Positions 17,996 through 25,655 of a stretch of DNA of 29,971 nucleotides are shown here, in pieces (positions within the stretch are counted from its first letter, which is position 1; each line of letters opens with the position of its first letter). Both the position numbers and the translations under genes were made by a program. Under the pieces are notes generated by a model that was not told the DNA's origin, made no database searches, and worked only from the letters and a program-made list of their open reading frames with translations. The DNA lies in the IMG/VR virus record IMGVR_UViG_3300003580_000011, positions 1 to 29,971 of that record. The stretch is one strand, 5' to 3'. Origin of the DNA: a virus. Taxonomy: Duplodnaviria; Caudoviricetes.

Positions 17996-20092
17996 ATGTA
18001 CGTCAATCTAGAAGTCAAGGGTCAACTTGCCAAACTGCTCGCTACCGAGAACCTAATCGTTGAGCACCGCAATGTTGAAACTGCTCAGTTTGATGTGCAG
18101 AAGCGTGTACTGACTCTTCCTAATTGGAAACGTGCCTCTAATCAGGTGTTTGACCTGCTGGTTGCTCATGAGGTTGGTCATGCATTGTATACTCCTAACG
18201 AAGATTGGAGAAAAAAATGTAAAGTGCCTATGCAGTTTCTGAATGTCACTGAGGACGTTCGTGTTGAGAAACTGATGAAGCGTAAGTTTGGCGGTCTTCG
18301 TAAAACCTTTTACAAGGGTTATGGTCAACTTGCTGAACAGGACTTCTTTTCTATCAAAGATGAAGAAGTTGGCAAGATGAATCTTGCTGACCGTGCTAAT
18401 CTTTATTTCAAGATCGGTAACTTCACTGATGTTCCTTTCTTCAATCAAGAAGAGAGTGACATCATCAAAACTATTGAAGACGCAGAAACATTTGAGGATG
18501 CTATTGATGCAGCTAAAAAACTCTACCGCTACTGTAAAGATCAGCACAAAAAGCAACAGGAAGATCAACAGCAACCTACCAATCAAGGTTCTCCACAATC
18601 ATCAACTGATGGTCAACCCCAATCTGAATCAATCCAAATCGATTCGGAAGAGGATTCTGATGAATCTCAAGATCAAGTTGAGACTTCTAACAACACTGCT
18701 GGTAGCAATGTTCAGTCTCATTCAGATTTTACTGATAGTGAATCGTCCGAACCAGAAGTAAAAACTCAGAGTGAGTTGGATGAACAACTCAAAGATTTGA
18801 TTGGACATAATACTCATGATAACAAGTATATCGAGGTCCCCAATCTTGATCTTGATAAAGTTATTCACTCACATGAAAAAGTTCTTGCTGACCTCAATGA
18901 TCACTTTAGTGTCTTTTGTGAAGAATCATTTGATAGTTCTGATCTTTCCTATCGCCAGTTCTGTAAGTCTTCTGCCAAAGAAGTAAACTATCTGGTCAAA
19001 GAGTTTGAGATGAAGAAGTCTGCAAGTCAGTACTCACGTTCCAGTATTGCAAGGACAGGTGTGCTGGATTGTACTAAATTACACACGTACAAGTACAATG
19101 AGGATATTTTCAAAAAAATCACCGTCCTCCCTGACGGTAAAAATCATGGTCTTGTGTTTGTCCTTGACTGGTCTGGTTCTATGGGTGAGGTTATTCTTGA
19201 TACCGTCAAGCAAGTCCTGAACCTTATTTCTTTCTGCCGTAAGGTCAAGATTCCTTTTGAACTTTATGCATTCATCAATTCGTTTGCATGTGATCATGAA
19301 GACCGTTGGATGTCCCCTTTGGTTGAGAATACTGTTGTTTTCTTCAAGGAATTCAAAATGTTGAATCTTATCAGCAGTGAAGCAAAAACTAAAGAACTTG
19401 ATAAGCAAATGCTCAATCTGTACAGGATGGCATACAGTTTCCGTTACTATGTTGAGTACAGTGTTCCTCCTAGTTACGGTCTCTGTGGCACTCCACTGAA
19501 CAATGCTATTGTTACTTTGCATCAAATCATCCCACACTTTCAGAATAAAACTGGTGTTGAGAAGGTTAATGCAATCATCTTGACTGATGGTGAATCTGCA
19601 CCTATTCTTTCATCTGTATGCATTCCCGCAGAACAAAGTATTTACAGTAAAGATTATTGGGGAGTAAGTTCTGTAAATGACCGCACCTATCTTCGCAATC
19701 GTAAGACGGGTCATGTTACCCAGATGGGTTCCTATAGTGATCAGACTTCTAACCTGATCAAAGACCTTAGTGAAACATTTCCCAACACCAATATCATTGG
19801 TATTCGTTTGGTCAGTGGTCGCGACTTCTCTAACTTCCAACGTGACTGGGTTGCTTGGGAAGATCGTGAGAAAGTCACTAAGCAATGGCGTAAAAATAAG
19901 TCTGTTGTGATCAAGAAGGTTGGATTTGACGTGTTCTTTGCCATCGCTTGCAATTCTCTCAACAATAGTGTAGAATTTGATGTGGAGGAATCTGCATCTA
20001 AGACTCAGATTCGTAATGCTTTCAAGAAGTCACTCTCTTCTAAAGCACTCAACAAAAAAATCCTGACCGAATTTATCTCCATCATTGCATGA
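17996..20092 (+). CDS. HEXXH metallopeptidase-like + von Willebrand A domain protein (CobT-like partner of CobS)
   Basis: AHEVGH, EDVRVE, acidic linker, MIDAS DWSGS, GTPL, LTDGE; AGAGAGG RBS supports the ATG at 17996. Confidence 0.85.
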   Translation: MYVNLEVKGQLAKLLATENLIVEHRNVETAQFDVQKRVLTLPNWKRASNQVFDLLVAHEVGHALYTPNEDWRKKCKVPMQFLNVTEDVRVEKLMKRKFGGLRKTFYKGYGQLAEQDFFSIKDEEVGKMNLADRANLYFKIGNFTDVPFFNQEESDIIKTIEDAETFEDAIDAAKKLYRYCKDQHKKQQEDQQQPTNQGSPQSSTDGQPQSESIQIDSEEDSDESQDQVETSNNTAGSNVQSHSDFTDSESSEPEVKTQSELDEQLKDLIGHNTHDNKYIEVPNLDLDKVIHSHEKVLADLNDHFSVFCEESFDSSDLSYRQFCKSSAKEVNYLVKEFEMKKSASQYSRSSIARTGVLDCTKLHTYKYNEDIFKKITVLPDGKNHGLVFVLDWSGSMGEVILDTVKQVLNLISFCRKVKIPFELYAFINSFACDHEDRWMSPLVENTVVFFKEFKMLNLISSEAKTKELDKQMLNLYRMAYSFRYYVEYSVPPSYGLCGTPLNNAIVTLHQIIPHFQNKTGVEKVNAIILTDGESAPILSSVCIPAEQSIYSKDYWGVSSVNDRTYLRNRKTGHVTQMGSYSDQTSNLIKDLSETFPNTNIIGIRLVSGRDFSNFQRDWVAWEDREKVTKQWRKNKSVVIKKVGFDVFFAIACNSLNNSVEFDVEESASKTQIRNAFKKSLSSKALNKKILTEFISIIA

Positions 20093-20841
20093 CATTATCT
20101 AATCAAGATTGTCTGGAGTATATCAAATCTATTCCAGACAATTCTGTGGATCTGGTCCTTACCGATCCTCCTTACTTTATTGGATTTGATGGTGGTAAAG
20201 GTTGGGACTCTCAATGGGGTAGTGAAATAGAATACCTGGAGTGGTGTGATAAATGGACAGAAGAATGTGTTCGCGTTCTCAAACCTGAAAGAATGCTTGT
20301 AGTCTTCGGAACTCTGAAGACAGAGACATTTCTTCTTTATAAGTTGAGAACAACTGACCACAACTCTATCCTCACTCCACAGAATGAGATTGTTTGGAGT
20401 TACAACTGGGGTGGCAGAAGTAAGAACAACTTTGCTAGAAAACATGAGTATGCTTGGTGCTGGTCTAAGGGTAAGCAGTTTCTATTCAACGCCGATGACG
20501 TTCGTGTAGAAAGAAAAGTTTCTAAGAACTTGAGGACTGGAAAAGCGTATGAGAAAGGAACTATTCCTACCTGTGTGTGGGAGAAAAACAACCACACCAC
20601 TAGCAAAGAATATGTGAACTGGCATCCGACTCAGAAACCACTGATGATACTGGAAAGAATTATCAAAGCATATACCAATCCTGGAGATACAGTCCTTGAT
20701 ATCTTCAGTGGTTCTGGATCTACAATGATTGCTGCTATACAATCTGATAGAAACTTTCTTGGATGTGAACTCGATAAATCCTACTATGACAAATCGTTGG
20801 AACGCTATGGAGACCTAGTTGGTGCTCGACTGCCAGTCTGA
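20089..20841 (+). CDS. beta-class amino (N6-A/N4-C) DNA methyltransferase
   Basis: Motif IV TDPPY precedes HPTQKP and motif I DIFSGSGST, then GCELD; ATGA-coupled. Confidence 0.92.
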   Translation: MTLSNQDCLEYIKSIPDNSVDLVLTDPPYFIGFDGGKGWDSQWGSEIEYLEWCDKWTEECVRVLKPERMLVVFGTLKTETFLLYKLRTTDHNSILTPQNEIVWSYNWGGRSKNNFARKHEYAWCWSKGKQFLFNADDVRVERKVSKNLRTGKAYEKGTIPTCVWEKNNHTTSKEYVNWHPTQKPLMILERIIKAYTNPGDTVLDIFSGSGSTMIAAIQSDRNFLGCELDKSYYDKSLERYGDLVGARLPV

Positions 20842-20886
20842 CAACTGTCCACCGCCCCTTGTGAGGGCGGTTTTTTCATGTATAAT
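20831..20886 (+). promoter_or_regulatory. early-type promoter: TGCCAGT..AACTGTCCAC + terminator-like hairpin + TATAAT
   Basis: Same architecture as 17915-17972; ACCGCCC...GGGCGGT stem followed by T6. Confidence 0.7.
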
Positions 20887-20914
20887 ATATACATACACAA
20901 AGGGACGCCCTACA

Positions 20915-21985
20915 ATGCCTCGCAAAACCAACATCAACATGGATGCTCTGACGGTTTTCATTCAAGATAACTTCGGATCCGAGTTTGGTGCAGATGCTAT
21001 CCGTGCTGCTTCTTTGGAGTTTGGCGCTTCCTATCCCACTGTCAGCAAGCGACTTGAGCAATATAAAGTCGGTTACAACAAGTGGAACCTCACTGTTGAA
21101 GAAGCACGTCAGCAGTTTGAAGATAAGATTCAGACTATGGATAATGTGAAGCAAAACCTTGTCCCCGAGAAAGATGATAATTTTATCAAGTTTGGCAACT
21201 TCAACGATATCAAGAAAGTCATTCAGTCCAAGATCTTCTACCCCACGTTTATCACTGGTCTGTCTGGCAACGGTAAGACCTTCAGTGTTGAGCAAGCATG
21301 TTCTCAACTGGGACGGGAACTGATCCGTGTCAACATTACCATCGAAACTGACGAGGATGATCTTATTGGCGGTTTCCGTCTGGTTGCTGGTGAAACTGTT
21401 TGGCATAATGGTCCAGTCATCGAAGCTCTGGAGCGGGGAGCTGTGCTGCTTCTAGATGAGGTTGACCTGGCATCTAACAAGATCCTGTGTCTGCAATCAA
21501 TTCTGGAGGGCAAGGGTGTCTTCCTCAAGAAGATTGGTAAGTATATCAAACCTGCTGCTGGTTTCAATGTGGTTGCAACTGCCAACACTAAGGGCAAGGG
21601 TTCTGAAGACGGTCGTTTCATTGGAACTAACGTTCTGAATGAAGCATTCCTTGAGCGTTTTCCTGTCACTTTTGAGCAAGAGTATCCTACTTTTTCTACT
21701 GAGGTCAAGATTCTCAACAAACTGTGTGCAGATGCTGAATTCTGTAAGCGTCTTGCTGATTGGGCAGACATTATTCGCAAGACCTTTGCTGACGGTGGTG
21801 TTGATGAAGTGATCTCTACTCGTCGCCTGGTTCATATCATCAAGGCATACAACATCTTTGATGACAAAGCAAAGGCAATCCAGATCTGCCTCAACCGTTT
21901 TGATGATGAAACTAAGCAGTCCTTCCAAGAACTGTATGACAAGGTTGATGCTGACGTTGACTTTGACAAAGTAGAAGATTCCTGA
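20915..21985 (+). CDS. cobS: CobS/MoxR-like AAA+ ATPase
   Basis: GLSGNGKT, LLLDEVD, TANTKGKG, EAFLERF, ISTRRL. Start moved to ATG 20915, downstream of the promoter. Confidence 0.9.
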   Translation: MPRKTNINMDALTVFIQDNFGSEFGADAIRAASLEFGASYPTVSKRLEQYKVGYNKWNLTVEEARQQFEDKIQTMDNVKQNLVPEKDDNFIKFGNFNDIKKVIQSKIFYPTFITGLSGNGKTFSVEQACSQLGRELIRVNITIETDEDDLIGGFRLVAGETVWHNGPVIEALERGAVLLLDEVDLASNKILCLQSILEGKGVFLKKIGKYIKPAAGFNVVATANTKGKGSEDGRFIGTNVLNEAFLERFPVTFEQEYPTFSTEVKILNKLCADAEFCKRLADWADIIRKTFADGGVDEVISTRRLVHIIKAYNIFDDKAKAIQICLNRFDDETKQSFQELYDKVDADVDFDKVEDS

Positions 21986-21991
21986 TATAAT
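21963..21991 (+). promoter_or_regulatory. perfect sigma70 promoter TTGACA-17-TATAAT
   Basis: TTGACA aagtagaagattcctga TATAAT with TG extension; upstream of the g45-g44-g62-regA run. Confidence 0.85.
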
Positions 21992-22364
21992 GACTAATGC
22001 ATGGAGTCTACTTTACGATCACATTATGGAATCTGAAACTGAATTGAAATCAGAATTGAATCTTGGACCATCACATTTTTGGAAGTATGATGAAGACCTG
22101 ACACTCAAAGAAGTCCGTGAGTATCTGTCTGGAACCTATCGTGCTCACTACACTTCTCAGGAGTCCCAAACTCAGACACTTGATCTGATTGAAAGTATTG
22201 GTGATGCAGAACCTTTCTGCCGATCAAACGCTATCAAGTATCTGTCTCGCTTCGGTAAGAAGGGTGGCAAGTCCAAGATGGACATCCTGAAAGCAATTCA
22301 CTATTGCATCCTCCTTTACCACTTCGCTGGTATTCACAAACAAACTAGCAACTACCCTCACTGA
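21990..22364 (+). CDS. DUF3310-like protein
   Basis: HY...LDLIESIG...FCRSNAIKYLSRFGKK...DILKAIHY pattern. Confidence 0.75.
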   Translation: MTNAWSLLYDHIMESETELKSELNLGPSHFWKYDEDLTLKEVREYLSGTYRAHYTSQESQTQTLDLIESIGDAEPFCRSNAIKYLSRFGKKGGKSKMDILKAIHYCILLYHFAGIHKQTSNYPH

Positions 22365-22368
22365 ACGC

Positions 22369-23031
22369 ATGATGAAACTGACTAACGATACTAAGAATAT
22401 TCTTCGTAACTTCTGTGAGATCAACCAGTCTCTGCTGGTCAAGAAAGGGAACGTTCTTCGCACGATCTCTAATATGAAGAACATCCTGGCAGAAGCAACT
22501 ATCACTGAGGAGTTCCCTAATGATTTTGCTATCTATGACCTGGGTCAATTTTTGAATGGTTTCAATCTCCATCAGGATCCTGACCTTGAGTTTTCTGATC
22601 AACGATATCTTACGATCAAAGACAATGGCAGTCGCGTAAAGTATTTCTATTGTGAACCATCCCTGATCAAGGCACCCCCTGAGAAAGGGATTCAAATGCC
22701 TTCGATCGATGTTGAGTTTGTTCTCAACGATGGACAACTGAGTCTTCTTCAGAAAGCTTCATCAATTTATAGTCTTCCTGACTTGTGCGTCATCGGTGAT
22801 GGTGCTAAGATTAGTCTGGTGGTGAAGGACAAGAAGAACGACACCTCAAACGAATACTCTATTGTCGTCGGTGAGACTGACAAAGTGTTTGAGTTCTCTT
22901 ACAAGATCGAGAACATTCGTATCCTTCCTGGATCTTATGAGGTTGTCATCTCTGATAAACTAATCTCAGTTTTCAATCACAAGTCTCTGAACCTCAAATA
23001 CTACATCGCTCTTGAACCCGAGACCCCTTGA
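22369..23031 (+). CDS. g45: sliding clamp gp45
   Basis: MKLT..T..IL.NF..IN.S, FAIYDLGQFL, YYIALEP. Confidence 0.94.
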   Translation: MMKLTNDTKNILRNFCEINQSLLVKKGNVLRTISNMKNILAEATITEEFPNDFAIYDLGQFLNGFNLHQDPDLEFSDQRYLTIKDNGSRVKYFYCEPSLIKAPPEKGIQMPSIDVEFVLNDGQLSLLQKASSIYSLPDLCVIGDGAKISLVVKDKKNDTSNEYSIVVGETDKVFEFSYKIENIRILPGSYEVVISDKLISVFNHKSLNLKYYIALEPETP

Positions 23032-23555
23032 ACATCTTCGTTACACAACAAGACCCAAGTGTGTCAGCACAATGTTTGCCTGACAAACACGTAGTCAAAA
23101 TGCCACTAGAGTGCTGTCAGATGCTTGCTATCATCTACAGTAAGTGGTATTATGATTGGGCACCGCTGCCTAAGAAAGATGGTGGTTACTATGCAACTGT
23201 AAAAGGTGCATTCCGTAATCATCCCTGTACAATTTGGGCAGCACAAAACCACTACAACACTGCTTGGTTGATTCAGCATGGTATTGCTTTATGTACCGAA
23301 TACAAGCACCGTTACGGTAAAACACATTCATGTTCTAAAACATTATTTGAGGCAAAGAAAATTTTCCACAGACACTCTGAGAAAACAATCACTTGCTACT
23401 CTCTAGCAGACAACTTCGCCAGAGCAATGCCAGATGAATATAAACATGACACAAGCATTGACACTTTTACTGCTTACAAGATGTACATTAGCAGCAAACC
23501 TTGGGTTGCATCTAATTATCTTCGTGATGAATCCCGAAAACCGAATTGGGTATGA
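23028..23555 (+). CDS. pyrimidine-dimer DNA glycosylase / endonuclease V-like protein
   Basis: MNIF...DKHVVKMPLECCQML...HPCTIW...EYKHRYGKTH family pattern; TTG start overlapping the g45 stop. Confidence 0.75.
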   Translation: MNIFVTQQDPSVSAQCLPDKHVVKMPLECCQMLAIIYSKWYYDWAPLPKKDGGYYATVKGAFRNHPCTIWAAQNHYNTAWLIQHGIALCTEYKHRYGKTHSCSKTLFEAKKIFHRHSEKTITCYSLADNFARAMPDEYKHDTSIDTFTAYKMYISSKPWVASNYLRDESRKPNWV

Positions 23556-23698
23556 AGTGGATTCTTAGAGTAGACGAAGATGGTGTGATCACATTTCCCG
23601 ACGATCTTCTAGAAGTTACTGGATGGGTTGAGGGGGATGTGTTAGAATGGATTGACAACCAAGATGGTTCTTTTAGTTTGAGGAAAAATGAGTCGTAA
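23552..23698 (+). CDS. 48-aa AbrB/MazE/SpoVT-like DNA-binding protein (absent from the ORF track)
   Basis: MKWILRVDEDGVITFPDDLLEVTGWVEGDVLEWIDNQDGSFSLRKNES*; G-I-FP..L....GW..GD.L swapped-hairpin pattern; ATGA-coupled. Confidence 0.7.
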   Translation: MKWILRVDEDGVITFPDDLLEVTGWVEGDVLEWIDNQDGSFSLRKNES

Positions 23699-24635
23699 TG
23701 ATTTTCTTTGGGTTGAGAAGTATCGACCCAAAACTGTGAACGATTGCATCCTGCCAAATGCAATCAAGAAACCTCTCCTTGAGTTTGTAGAGACTGGGGA
23801 GATTCCTAATCTACTGCTTGCGGGTCCTGCAGGTATTGGCAAAACAACGGTTGCCCGAGCGTTGTGTGAAGAACTTGGGTGTGATTATATTGTTATCAAT
23901 GGATCAGATGAAGGACGATTTCTTGACACTGTACGGAACCAAGCAAAGAATTTTGCATCGACCGTATCACTTCAAGCAACTGGTAAACCAAAGGTCATCA
24001 TTATTGATGAGGCTGACAACACCACCCACGATGTTCAACTCCTACTACGGGCAAACATTGAGGCGTTTTATAGCAACTGTAGATTCATCTTCACTTGCAA
24101 CTACAAAAACAAAATCATCGAACCCCTGCACTCCCGATGTGCAGTCATCGACTTTTCAATCGGTAGCAAAGACAAACCTGCAATCGCAGCACAGTTTTTC
24201 AACCGTCTCAGGACTATACTTGAGGAGGAGAATGTACAATATGATCCAAAGGTACTTGCCGAACTAATCAACAAACACTTCCCTGACTGGCGACGTGTTC
24301 TAAATGAGTGTCAGCGGCATGGCACTGGTGGGTCTATCGACACCTCTATCCTGGTTCAGATCACTGACGTTGATACCAACACTCTGGTCAAAAACCTCAA
24401 GGATAAGCGGTTTGGTGAGGTTAGGAAGTGGGTGGTCAACAACCTAGACAATGATCCTGCAACCATCCTGAGGCGTGTCTACGACGCCCTGTACGCCGCT
24501 CTGGAGGGGTCTAGCATCCCTGCTGCTGTCCTGGTCATTGCTAAGTACCAATATCAAACTGCCTTCGTGGCAGATCAGGAGATCAATCTCCTAGCGTGTC
24601 TAACTGAAATTATGGCGGAGTGTGAATTCAAATGA
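23688..24635 (+). CDS. g44: clamp loader large subunit gp44
   Basis: WVEKYRP, GPAGIGKT, IIDEAD, PLHSRC, FPDWRR. Confidence 0.96.
   Translation: MSRNDFLWVEKYRPKTVNDCILPNAIKKPLLEFVETGEIPNLLLAGPAGIGKTTVARALCEELGCDYIVINGSDEGRFLDTVRNQAKNFASTVSLQATGKPKVIIIDEADNTTHDVQLLLRANIEAFYSNCRFIFTCNYKNKIIEPLHSRCAVIDFSIGSKDKPAIAAQFFNRLRTILEEENVQYDPKVLAELINKHFPDWRRVLNECQRHGTGGSIDTSILVQITDVDTNTLVKNLKDKRFGEVRKWVVNNLDNDPATILRRVYDALYAALEGSSIPAAVLVIAKYQYQTAFVADQEINLLACLTEIMAECEFK
24618..24635 (+). repeat. 18-bp direct repeat, left copy (GAGTGTGAATTCAAATGA)
   Basis: Identical to 25139-25156; encodes ECEFK* of gp44. Confidence 0.95.
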
Positions 24636-25156
24636 ATTTGGACTTTTTAAATGAGTATTGGAATATTGTTGGATCTGAACAAGGAACACAAGCAATTCGA
24701 CAGGACAAGCATTTTGAACCTCTTACCAATCTTTTATTGAAAGGTAACAATTCAGGTATTGCTGAAGATAAAATCCCAGTTAAATATAGACCTTGGAAAA
24801 AATGGGACTTACATTTTCCTTCTTTACGTATTGCTATTGAATATAAAAGCATTACCTCAAAAAGTATTGAAAAGTGTAAATATCTTCGTGTTGAAGAAGC
24901 ACTAGGATCTGCAATTGATCTGAAAAAACAAAACGATAATTATCGTTTGGGATTTTTGTTAGTTTTTGCTTTCCCATTTGAAAATGAAAAAATCATTAGA
25001 GCAAGAGATTATATGATCAGCGCATTTAATGATATGGTCAGTGACGGTATTTACGACTTCTTCTGTCCATTGCAAACTAGTTCTGTGGATAATCACTATG
25101 AATTGTCTACAAAAAATAATTTTAAAAAATTTATGTGTGAGTGTGAATTCAAATGA
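24632..25156 (+). CDS. PD-(D/E)XK nuclease resembling the XhoI/PaeR7I type II restriction endonuclease family
   Basis: YRPWKKWDL...AIEYKS...RVEEALGSAIDL...LGFLLV matches my recollection of the family pattern RP-K-WD...AIE-KS...R-EEA-G-A-DL; AT-rich; flanked by direct repeats. Confidence 0.7.
   Translation: MNLDFLNEYWNIVGSEQGTQAIRQDKHFEPLTNLLLKGNNSGIAEDKIPVKYRPWKKWDLHFPSLRIAIEYKSITSKSIEKCKYLRVEEALGSAIDLKKQNDNYRLGFLLVFAFPFENEKIIRARDYMISAFNDMVSDGIYDFFCPLQTSSVDNHYELSTKNNFKKFMCECEFK
25139..25156 (+). repeat. 18-bp direct repeat, right copy
   Basis: Identical to 24618-24635. Confidence 0.95.
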
Positions 25157-25446
25157 TTGATGTAAAACTAATTCGTATTGTAACTGGCGAAGAAATTATC
25201 GCTGAAGTTGTCGGTCAAACCGATGAAACAATCACTGTCAGGAATGGACTTGTAGTTCTTCCTAGTGCTCAAGGTGTTGGATTTGCACCATGGGCGACTG
25301 TTATTGATAACGATAATCCAGATATTACTGTCTCCATGAAACACGTTGTGTATGTGGTAGCAACTCAAGAAGATGTTGCCAAGAAGTACAATGAAATGTT
25401 TGGCAGCAAGATTGTCACACCATCATCTAAGAAGTTGATCGTATGA
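25153..25446 (+). CDS. hypothetical protein, possible Sm-like fold
   Basis: VKLIRIVTGEEIIAEV...ITVRNGLVV; ATGA-coupled. Confidence 0.75.
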   Translation: MIDVKLIRIVTGEEIIAEVVGQTDETITVRNGLVVLPSAQGVGFAPWATVIDNDNPDITVSMKHVVYVVATQEDVAKKYNEMFGSKIVTPSSKKLIV

Positions 25447-25655
25447 TCGTCAAGACAACACCCCAAAACGTAGCAGAAGCACATGAAGGATTGTTTTATG
25501 CTACAATGAACCTACCTACTGCCGCTGCTCACTGTGGCATGTCTCAGAAAGAAATGAAGATGACTTTTTGGGAATATCTAAAGTACCACCAACCTAATTA
25601 TGAAGTCCCTGAAAACACCATTAAGATACCCAGGCGGAAAGAGTCGGGCAACTAA
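25443..25655 (+). CDS. hypothetical protein (possible HTH)
   Basis: MNLPTAAAHCGMSQKEMK resembles a helix-turn-helix; ATGA-coupled. Confidence 0.65.
   Translation: MIVKTTPQNVAEAHEGLFYATMNLPTAAAHCGMSQKEMKMTFWEYLKYHQPNYEVPENTIKIPRRKESGN

Noticed and set aside
20819-20914. ORF-track N-terminal extension of CobS (likewise 17975, 14592, 15922, 27612 starts)
   Set aside because: Extensions run through promoter or hairpin elements or deep into upstream genes; downstream ATGs have RBS or stop/start coupling.
18053-21928. Several 140-180 aa minus-strand ORFs inside the VWA and cobS genes
   Set aside because: Antisense shadows; the scarcity of TTA/TTAA on the + strand removes minus-strand TAA stops and lengthens spurious ORFs.
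23818-24267. 149-aa alternative + frame ORF within g44
   Set aside because: Fully nested in a conserved gene, non-ATG start, no recognisable features.
24618-25156. Direct repeats as a CRISPR mini-array or IS ends
   Set aside because: Only two 18-bp copies about 500 bp apart, no terminal inverted repeats or transposase motif; treated as an insertion-site duplication.
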